The translations under genes and the position numbers were made by a program. The notes beneath the pieces were generated by a model, which saw only the letters and a list, made by a program, of their open reading frames with translations, did not search any database and was not told the origin of the DNA. 64,000 nucleotides of DNA. Source: Bacteroidia bacterium (GTDB taxonomy: Bacteria; Bacteroidota; Bacteroidia; UBA4408). The first letter of the stretch is position 1, and each line of letters opens with the position of its first letter. This document shows positions 7,476 through 15,277 of the stretch, one piece after another. Location: assembly GCA_035438985.1 (NCBI GenBank), contig DAORJK010000002.1:316442-380441 (forward strand), in the 5' to 3' direction.

Positions 7476-9725
7476 CTAAGCGTATAAATTCATCAGTATT
7501 TTTTCGGGAGTTAGGGGTGCACTTAATTCCATTGTATGCGAAGGGTTAAATGCCAACACTGCATTGCGCAGCGCAAAGTAAGCGCCAATACCATACATTA
7601 AAGGTGGTTCACCAACTGCTTTCGATTTAAAAATCGCTAGATCACTTCCTTTGGTTTTTAAAGGGTGGATTGTAATTTCTTTTGGAACCGAATAAATGTC
7701 GGGAACTTTATAGGTACTTAAAGCATTCGAAAGTAATTTACCCTCTTTGTTGTAAACAACTTCTTCCATTGTCATCCATCCAATTCCCTGCACTAAACCA
7801 CCTTCAATTTGACCTTTATCAATAAAGGGATTCATGCTTTCGCCATAATCGTGCACTATTTTTACAGCATCCGTTTCGTAGGTGCCACGCAAACAATCAA
7901 CTGTTACTATAAATAAAGCTGTTCCGTAAACATGGTAAGCAAATGGATGACCTTTTTCCTTTCCGGAATCAAAGTTTATTTCAGGAGTTGCATAGTGTGC
8001 ACTTTCAGAAAGGCTTTCGCGATTGAGGTAACAGGACATAACCAATTTATTCCAAGTAATTTCGGTCGGAACATTTTTATGCAGTACGCATTCATCCTTT
8101 AATTCAAGATCTTTTTCAAGTGCGCTTAATTCTATTGCAGCACGCTTTAGAAGACGTTTTTTTATTGCTTCGCAGGCAAGTTGTGTTGCTTTTCCATTTA
8201 AGTCGGCAGTCGCGCTTGCTGCTGAAGGAGAGGTGTTTGCAACACGGGTAGTATTGGTTGTTTCGACTTTTATTTTTGAGCTAGATATGGAGAATATATT
8301 GGCTGCAACCTGCAACATTTTTGTATTAACACCTTGCCCCATTTCAACAGCTCCCGTGCTAATTCCCACGCTACCATCCGTATACACATGCACCAAGGCA
8401 CGCGCCTGATTCATGAGTGTTTTAGTAAAAGAAATTCCAAAGCAAATGGGCATAATTGCCATCCCTTTTTTTATCAGCAAATTACTTTTATTAAACTCTT
8501 TAACTGCAGTTCTTTCTTTCTCAAATTGAAATAAATTAGTTGCTGTATCCCAACAATTATGAGCTTCACAACCATTTACAATTTGTCCGTAATGAAATAC
8601 ATTTCCATCTTGTAATAAATTTTTTTGCTGAATAACACTGGCATCTATTCCTAGATTTTCAGCTGCTTTAGCAATAGCTGCCTCAATTACAAACATTCCT
8701 TGTGGTCCTCCAAATCCACGGAAAGCGGTATTAGGAGGTAAGTTGGTCTTGCAACTAAAAGCAGTTACCTTAGTATGCGGAATACTATAACTGTTGGTAG
8801 CATGAAATAACGTGCGCTCGAGCACAGCCGGCGATAAATCAGCAGCAGCTCCTGCATTCTGATAAAAAGTAGCTTCATATGCTATTATTTTTAAATCGCT
8901 CGACAATCCTAATTTAAAATCGCTTGAATAAGGATGACGTTTTCCGGTCATACGCAAATCGGCCATTCTATCGAGTATGCATTTTACAGGACGCTTTAAT
9001 TTTTTGCAGGCAAGTGCTGCCATAACAGCCCAAGTAGTTGCTTGGTCCTCTTTACCTCCAAAGCCTCCACCTAAGCGTGTTACATCAACTTCAATTTTAT
9101 GCATGGGTACACCCAGCACTTTTGCTGCTGTTCGTTGCACTGCAGTGGGACCTTGAGTAGAAGAGTAAATTTTTATACTTCCATTTTCAAGTGGTAAGGC
9201 ATAGGCACCTTGTGTTTCAATATACAAATGTTCTTGTCCTCCCGACTCAGCAATGCCCTCAATTATATGCGTGCAATGTGACCATTGAGATGCAGTATCA
9301 CCAATTTGAAAAGTACGTGGTGGTACTATCAATTTATTATTTTTTGCAGCTTCCCTGGCATCCGTGATGGGCTCAAGTATTTCAATGTCAACTTGTATTA
9401 GTTTTGCTGCAGCTTCAGCTATTTCCTGACTTTTCGCAACAACTAACGCTATGGGCATTCCACAAAAATGGACCTCATGTTCAGCAAGTAATTCTTCATC
9501 CGGAATAATGCCGCCAATTTGATTTTCTCCGGGAATATCAAGATAAGTCAGCACGGCTTCAACTCCAGGATAAGATTTAGCTGCATCAATTGACAAATGG
9601 CGTATTTTTCCGTGTGCAATTTTTGAATCGTAGGCAACAGCATACAATGTTCCTTGTTGCAATGCAATGTCATCTGCATAAATGGATTCTCCTCGGGTAT
9701 GTGAAAAAGAGTCAATATTTTTCAT
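7476..9725 (-). CDS. xdhB: Xanthine dehydrogenase / aldehyde oxidase family molybdopterin-binding subunit
   Basis: a/b-hammerhead N-terminus, 'GGGFGGK' and 'FRGFGGPQG', and a 'GQG..TK' Mo-site motif across 749 aa. Confidence 0.88.
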   Translation of the reverse strand: MKNIDSFSHTRGESIYADDIALQQGTLYAVAYDSKIAHGKIRHLSIDAAKSYPGVEAVLTYLDIPGENQIGGIIPDEELLAEHEVHFCGMPIALVVAKSQEIAEAAAKLIQVDIEILEPITDAREAAKNNKLIVPPRTFQIGDTASQWSHCTHIIEGIAESGGQEHLYIETQGAYALPLENGSIKIYSSTQGPTAVQRTAAKVLGVPMHKIEVDVTRLGGGFGGKEDQATTWAVMAALACKKLKRPVKCILDRMADLRMTGKRHPYSSDFKLGLSSDLKIIAYEATFYQNAGAAADLSPAVLERTLFHATNSYSIPHTKVTAFSCKTNLPPNTAFRGFGGPQGMFVIEAAIAKAAENLGIDASVIQQKNLLQDGNVFHYGQIVNGCEAHNCWDTATNLFQFEKERTAVKEFNKSNLLIKKGMAIMPICFGISFTKTLMNQARALVHVYTDGSVGISTGAVEMGQGVNTKMLQVAANIFSISSSKIKVETTNTTRVANTSPSAASATADLNGKATQLACEAIKKRLLKRAAIELSALEKDLELKDECVLHKNVPTEITWNKLVMSCYLNRESLSESAHYATPEINFDSGKEKGHPFAYHVYGTALFIVTVDCLRGTYETDAVKIVHDYGESMNPFIDKGQIEGGLVQGIGWMTMEEVVYNKEGKLLSNALSTYKVPDIYSVPKEITIHPLKTKGSDLAIFKSKAVGEPPLMYGIGAYFALRNAVLAFNPSHTMELSAPLTPEKILMNLYA

Positions 9726-9913
9726 ACTTACACAACTAGATCTGTTTTAAAATTTGGTTTAATGCCAAGGATCAGACTGAATTTTTTGGATGTAAAAAAA
9801 AGATCTTAAAATCTGAAAAGAAAAATGGCTTATAGCAATTTCTCAAATCTGATTAAAAGTAGAAAAATAAATTGCGAATAAAAAGAAATGAGGAATGGAG
9901 TCGTATAAAAATT

Positions 9914-10705
9914 TTATAAATCAGCAGCTTTTGCAATAAGTTCAGCAACATCCAATACCTCGGTAGCCTGATCCTGTTCTTTAAGTTTAACACCGTCACG
10001 TAACATGGTCATGCAAAATGGACAGCCTGTTGCAATAACTTGAGGCTGTAATTCAAGTGCTTCTTCTGTACGTTCGATATTTACTTCTTTATTACCTTTT
10101 TCGGCTTCTTTAAACATTTGCGCACCACCTGCACCACAACATAATCCGTTGGCACGAGAACGTTTCATTTCGACTAAGGCAGCATCCAGTTTACCCAACA
10201 AAGCGCGTGGAGCTTCGTATACATCATTTCCTCTACCTAAATAGCAGGGATCGTGAAAGGTTATTTTCTTACCTGAAAAATTTCCTCCTTCTACTTTGAT
10301 TCTTCCGGAGTCTAACAATTGCTGAATTAATTGAGTGTGATGGATTACTTCAAAGTTTCCTCCAAGTTCAGGGTATTCATTTTTTAAGGTATTAAAGCAA
10401 TGCGGACAACCGGTAACTATTTTTTTTACTTCATAACCATTTAATAGTTGAATGTTGGTCATTGCCTGCATTTGAAATAAAAATTCGTTTCCTGCTCTTT
10501 TTGCTGGATCCCCGGTACAGGATTCTTCGGTTCCTAATACCGCAAATTTTACCTCGGCTTTTGTTAAAATGCGAACAATTGCTTTGGTAATTTTTTTTGC
10601 TCTGTCGTCAAAACTACCTGCGCAACCTACCCAAAATAAAATTTCAGGAACTTCTCCTTTAGCAAGGCATTCAGCCATAGTTGGTACTACTAGTTCTTTC
10701 TCCAT
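9914..10705 (-). CDS. HdrD/GlpC/LutA-like (Fe-S)-binding protein with two CCG cysteine-rich domains
   Basis: Two CCG domains: 'VGCAGSFDD...ESCTGDP...GCPHC' and 'HDPCY...LCCGAGG...GCPFC'. Confidence 0.8.
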   Translation of the reverse strand: MEKELVVPTMAECLAKGEVPEILFWVGCAGSFDDRAKKITKAIVRILTKAEVKFAVLGTEESCTGDPAKRAGNEFLFQMQAMTNIQLLNGYEVKKIVTGCPHCFNTLKNEYPELGGNFEVIHHTQLIQQLLDSGRIKVEGGNFSGKKITFHDPCYLGRGNDVYEAPRALLGKLDAALVEMKRSRANGLCCGAGGAQMFKEAEKGNKEVNIERTEEALELQPQVIATGCPFCMTMLRDGVKLKEQDQATEVLDVAELIAKAADL

Positions 10706-10706
10706 G

Positions 10707-11453
10707 TTAGTTTATTTCAAAATCACAGTTTAGCGTAATTGATGCTGTTTTTCGTTTTGAAGAGGTATTAAAAGTACCTCCCCAGGAATAATCTTCTCCT
10801 GCATTTTGTCCTACTATTTGAAAGACTCCCATGCTTGCATTTTTTAAATTGCCCAGTTTATTTCCAGCGTTTTCGGCAATGCTTTGTGCTCTGCTGCGAG
10901 CATCCTTTGTAGCTTCCGAAATCATTTCCACTTTTAAGGCAGCTAATTTAGTGTAATAGTAACGCGGATTTTCGGAGTAGAATTCAATTCCCTGATTAAT
11001 TAATTCGGTTACTTCTCGCGAAAGATTTTCTATTTTTTCTACTTCCTTTGATTCAATGGTGATGCTTTGATTTAATGTATACCCAATGAATTTTCGTCCG
11101 GTTAACCGACCTTCATTGTCAAATAATTCATCAAAATTTTTAGAAATTGTAACTGAAGAAAAAATAACTTCCTTTTCACTTACACCTTTGGATGTGAAGT
11201 ATTTTTGAATTAATTCGCGATCGTTGTTAAGCAACTGATATGCTTGTTTTAATTCAAAAGAGGAGCGGCTAAAACTACCTGTCCAAACGACCAGATCGGA
11301 AACAAAATCGCGAGAACCCAAACCGGTTACTGAAATTTTTTGTGTGTAATTATTCCTGTTTTTAAAGGCACTTCCTAAAATTGCTGCTGCACACACAACT
11401 GCTAATGCAATAAGAAAAGTAGAGATGTACTTTTTATTTTCCATGTTATTCAT
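10707..11453 (-). CDS. SIMPL (DUF541, BP26/YggE-like) domain protein, membrane-anchored and periplasm-facing
   Basis: N-terminal TM 'ISTFLIALAVVCAAAILG' followed by SIMPL-like domain architecture. Overlaps the upstream gene by 8 nt and sits 1 nt from the downstream gene. Confidence 0.6.
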   Translation of the reverse strand: MNNMENKKYISTFLIALAVVCAAAILGSAFKNRNNYTQKISVTGLGSRDFVSDLVVWTGSFSRSSFELKQAYQLLNNDRELIQKYFTSKGVSEKEVIFSSVTISKNFDELFDNEGRLTGRKFIGYTLNQSITIESKEVEKIENLSREVTELINQGIEFYSENPRYYYTKLAALKVEMISEATKDARSRAQSIAENAGNKLGNLKNASMGVFQIVGQNAGEDYSWGGTFNTSSKRKTASITLNCDFEIN

Positions 11454-12813
11454 TTTTCCAATTTAATCGATCGGCCGGTGAAAATTGCCAAGGTGCTCCA
11501 TTGTTTTCAATATTGGTAAACATAGCATTTAATGCAGCGGGAGCATCCGATTGCTCCATAACGAGGTATCTCCGTAAATCGATAATGATTGAAAGAGGAT
11601 CAATATTAATCGGACAAGATTCAGTACACGCATTACACGTGGTGCATGCCCAAAGTTCTTCAGCAGTGATATAGTCTCCAACTAAAGCTTTTGAATCGGA
11701 ATAATTTACTCCATTTTTATCTATTCCTTTTCCAAGTTCTTCCATACGGTCGCGTGTATCCATCATAATTTTACGTGGCGACAAAAGTTTACCGGTTTGA
11801 TTAGCCGGACAATTACTCGTGCAACGCCCGCATTCTGTGCAACTGTAAGCGTCCATTAATTGTTTCCAACTTAAATCAGGAACATCTTTTGCTCCGAATT
11901 TAGCAGGTGGCGCATCGCTAACAGGAGGCACTGCGCTGGGATCAAGCATTAATTTTACTTCATTGGTAACTGATTCAAGATTGGAGAATTTTCCTTTAGG
12001 TTTTAAATTAGAATAAAATACAGTTGGGAATGCAAGTAAAATATGGAAGTGTTTGGAATAGGGGATGTAATTTAAAAAGGCAATAATTCCAAGTATATGA
12101 AACCACCAACAAACGCGTTCAATGTAATGCAATGCTAAAGGATTGCTCGGTAAAAATCCAGTTAAATAGGCGCTTACAGGAAAATACAGTCCTTTTCCAG
12201 CTTGACTTTGTTCACCAAATATTTTAGTCGCAGCTTCGGCAAATTCGGGCAATAGAATGTCCCCGCTTAATTTACCATAGCTCATCATAACTCCATCGGC
12301 AGCATTCATAATTAAAAATGCCGACATCAATACAATTTCGGTAGTCAATATTATTGCAGCATCATTTCTGGGCCAACCTTCTAACTCTTTATTCATAAAG
12401 CGTTTTAGTTTCAGCACATACCTGCGAATGAGGAATATAGCACAACCTAAAATTACAAGTAATGCAAGGAATTCGAACGAGGCAATTAACAAGTAATAAA
12501 AGTACCCCATAAATGCAAAAATGCGATGCGTACCAAAAATGCCATCAATAATTATTTCGAGTACTTCAATGTTAATTATGATAAATCCTAGATACACAAA
12601 TATGTGCAAGATACCGGCAACCGGTCGTACTACCATTTTACTCTGACCTATGGCAACTTTTGCCATCAATTTCCATCGTTCATTCAAATTGTCGGAAATA
12701 TCTAAAGCTCTGCCTAGCAGAATATTTCTTCTTATTTTCTGAGCATTTCGGGCAAACCAATAAATACCACCTGCCAGAAGCACACAAAATATCAGGTTAT
12801 CTATCCAATTCAT
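11446..12813 (-). CDS. Membrane-bound Fe-S oxidoreductase: an N-terminal polytopic (NarI/HdrE/DsrM-like, His-rich) domain fused to a 2x[4Fe-4S] ferredoxin domain
   Basis: About 5 predicted TM helices with conserved His, then 'CTECGRCTSNCP' and 'CTTCNACTESCP' cluster motifs. Confidence 0.8.
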   Translation of the reverse strand: MNWIDNLIFCVLLAGGIYWFARNAQKIRRNILLGRALDISDNLNERWKLMAKVAIGQSKMVVRPVAGILHIFVYLGFIIINIEVLEIIIDGIFGTHRIFAFMGYFYYLLIASFEFLALLVILGCAIFLIRRYVLKLKRFMNKELEGWPRNDAAIILTTEIVLMSAFLIMNAADGVMMSYGKLSGDILLPEFAEAATKIFGEQSQAGKGLYFPVSAYLTGFLPSNPLALHYIERVCWWFHILGIIAFLNYIPYSKHFHILLAFPTVFYSNLKPKGKFSNLESVTNEVKLMLDPSAVPPVSDAPPAKFGAKDVPDLSWKQLMDAYSCTECGRCTSNCPANQTGKLLSPRKIMMDTRDRMEELGKGIDKNGVNYSDSKALVGDYITAEELWACTTCNACTESCPINIDPLSIIIDLRRYLVMEQSDAPAALNAMFTNIENNGAPWQFSPADRLNWKNE

Positions 12814-12920
12814 TTTTTACTTTTTATCGATAAAACATTGATGCAAGGAGCAAGTATAAAGCTACTTCCGCTGATTGTTAAAATACATTGTAAAGCTAAG
12901 GGCTAAGTTAACAAGTTGCA

Positions 12921-13874
12921 TTACTTCGAATCTTTTTTGCCAAACACACTCAGGTGAACATAACGACCGGGGTGTTGATTTAAATCAATAAGTAGTTTAT
13001 CTAAATTTTTTGAAGCAGAAGTTAGGTTGTTGTAGAGTGAATCATTATTAACCAGTAAGCCTATGGAGCCTTTACCTGAATTTATTTTTGCTGCAATAAT
13101 ATCAATATTTTTTATTGCAGAGTTTGCATTGTTTATGGTAGTTGCAATGTTTGCTTTTGCTAATGAGTCGCTGATAGTGTTAAAGTTTTTGAGAATAGCC
13201 GCTAAGTCTTTATTTCCGGTTTTTAAATTTCCTGTGATGGATTCAACATTCTGTAAAATATTATCGAGTCTAACTTTTTCAGAGGCCAGCAATCCATCTG
13301 CTTGAGCGGTCATGGAATTTAAATTTTTCAAAGTGTTTTTTAAATTATTGCCACCACCTTGATTAATAATTCCATTCACGCTAGCAACTAAAGAATCAAT
13401 TGTAACAATTAATTTTTCAGCTTTGTTTTTAATAGGTAAAACCTGATCACCGATATCATCTAGCATTTTTGACTTAACATCACCTGCGAGTGTATCACCG
13501 CTTTCGGCAAATGCTTTTGAATCGCCTAGTACCAAATTAATTGCCTGAGTGCCCAATAAACCATTTGCAAATACTCGTGCAACCGTATTTTTTGGAATGG
13601 TCAAATCATTTTCTTTCAAACTAATTTCAACAATCATTTTTCCTGAATTGTCGGGATGAAAAAAAATATGATTTACCTGGCCAACAATAAATCCGTTTAT
13701 AAACACCGGATTTGCTTCCGTTAAACCGTCAACATTTTCATAAATGGCAAAAAAGTGAGTTCTATTTGTAAAAATGTTTTTTCCTTTTAAAAAGTTTAAT
13801 CCATATACCAGCAAAAAGATAGCGCCGGCTACTATCAATCCAATTTTTGCTTCTCTTGATAAGTTGAGTTTCAT
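12921..13874 (-). CDS. mlaD: MlaD/MCE-family protein (phospholipid transport substrate-binding component)
   Basis: N-terminal TM anchor and an MCE domain ('IYENVDGLTEANPVFINGFIVGQV'), followed by a long coiled/low-complexity tail. Confidence 0.75.
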   Translation of the reverse strand: MKLNLSREAKIGLIVAGAIFLLVYGLNFLKGKNIFTNRTHFFAIYENVDGLTEANPVFINGFIVGQVNHIFFHPDNSGKMIVEISLKENDLTIPKNTVARVFANGLLGTQAINLVLGDSKAFAESGDTLAGDVKSKMLDDIGDQVLPIKNKAEKLIVTIDSLVASVNGIINQGGGNNLKNTLKNLNSMTAQADGLLASEKVRLDNILQNVESITGNLKTGNKDLAAILKNFNTISDSLAKANIATTINNANSAIKNIDIIAAKINSGKGSIGLLVNNDSLYNNLTSASKNLDKLLIDLNQHPGRYVHLSVFGKKDSK

Positions 13875-13913
13875 AATTAATTCTACTTTTTTTACGGAAA
13901 AACTGAGATGAAA

Positions 13914-15170
13914 TTATTTTTTTTGCAACAACAATGCGTCTTTCATGTTAATTCGCTTACCATCTTTAAACGCCACCACAAATGCTTCTTTAAACCCACT
14001 AGCGCGCACGTCCTTTTGTAAATTCATGGCATCATTTAAATCATCGAAGTTGCCAACAGTATATTTATACATTCCATTTTCAACGTATTCTGATACTTCT
14101 TTGAGCTGTTTAAACTGATTCGAAGTTAGTGGAATTTTTTTATCTGAACTGCTAAATTGCACTTTGTAGGAAACGGCACCTTGTGCTGAATTTTCTACTA
14201 CACTACGATCTGTTTTTTTGCTCTGCACCGAATCGGCAATCTTTGTTGAATCTTCGGCAATTTTTACATCTGCAGGAACCGGTTTATTAGGCACAGGTTT
14301 CTTGTATAAATTTTCTTTGGGTTTTTCTTCTGATTTAATTTCTTGTTTTAATTCATTTCGAACGCCTTCATTTTTTTTACCATCATCAAGATCGCCTTTG
14401 TATTTGCGAAAAGCACGATAAATACTTTCAGCAATTTTTTGCTGCCCTTTATCAGTAACCATCAAGCGTTCATCTTCAGGATTTGTTAAAAAGCCTGTTT
14501 CAATTAATATACTGGGCATTGCAGTATACACCAAAACTAAAAAACCGGCTTGTTTAACTCCCCGGTCAAATCGCTTATCTACATCTCTGAATTCATCTTG
14601 AACTAAGGAAGCTATGGTTAAACTTTGCTCAAGAAATGCATTTTGATACAATGTAAAAATAATACTTGCTTCGGGCGAATTGGGATCAAACCCATCGTAT
14701 TTGGTTTTGTAATCTTTCTCTAATAATACGGATTCATTTTCTCGTTTTGCCACATCTAAATTGTCGGCGCTGCGATGTAATCCCATACTAAATGTTTCAA
14801 CTCCATAAGCATTGCTTTTGCCTGAATTGCAATGAATTGAAATAAATAAATCAGCATGATTACGATTGGCAATATTGGCGCGCTCATGCAATTCTATAAA
14901 CTCATCTTTTTCACGCGTATACACCACTTTTACATCCGGATGGTTTTCTGAAATCAACTTTCCTAATTTTAAGGCAACCGATAAAGTAACTTCCTTTTCT
15001 TTGCCCTTTCTTCCGTGACAACCGGGGTCGTGACCACCATGTCCGGCATCAATGACAATTGTTTTTAAAGCCGGATTTTTTTTCATTAGATTTCCTGCAT
15101 AGCAGTTAATTACTTGCATACAGCAAATACCTAAACATAAAATGATGGAAGTTGATGGGAGTATTTTCAA
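13914..15170 (-). CDS. N-acetylmuramoyl-L-alanine amidase (Amidase_3) with a C-terminal SPOR peptidoglycan-binding domain
   Basis: 'VIDAGHGGHDPG' Amidase_3 motif. The C-terminus 'YKVQFSSS...YKYTVGNFDDLNDAMNLQKDVRASGFKEAFVVAFKDGKRI' is SPOR-like. Confidence 0.85.
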   Translation of the reverse strand: MKILPSTSIILCLGICCMQVINCYAGNLMKKNPALKTIVIDAGHGGHDPGCHGRKGKEKEVTLSVALKLGKLISENHPDVKVVYTREKDEFIELHERANIANRNHADLFISIHCNSGKSNAYGVETFSMGLHRSADNLDVAKRENESVLLEKDYKTKYDGFDPNSPEASIIFTLYQNAFLEQSLTIASLVQDEFRDVDKRFDRGVKQAGFLVLVYTAMPSILIETGFLTNPEDERLMVTDKGQQKIAESIYRAFRKYKGDLDDGKKNEGVRNELKQEIKSEEKPKENLYKKPVPNKPVPADVKIAEDSTKIADSVQSKKTDRSVVENSAQGAVSYKVQFSSSDKKIPLTSNQFKQLKEVSEYVENGMYKYTVGNFDDLNDAMNLQKDVRASGFKEAFVVAFKDGKRINMKDALLLQKK

Positions 15171-15277
15171 TTTTTACAAGGCTACTTTAACACTAATTAC
15201 AATACTGTCAATTAACAATTTTCGTTAGCTTTGACGCTTTATTTTATCTGTAGTTTTTACAAAAATAGGATTAAAAG

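Noticed and set aside
9726-9913. I searched the xdhB upstream gap and both flanks for xdhA (2Fe-2S/FAD) or uricase genes that might have been missed.
   Set aside because: The gap is 188 bp with no ORF. The neighbouring genes are clearly CCG/Fe-S proteins, so xdhA and uricase are not in this window.
12921-13874. MlaD encoded without adjacent mlaE/mlaF; I considered whether it is an orphan or pseudogene.
   Set aside because: Stand-alone MCE/MlaD genes are common in Bacteroidota and the ORF is intact. It is not unusual enough to report as a finding.
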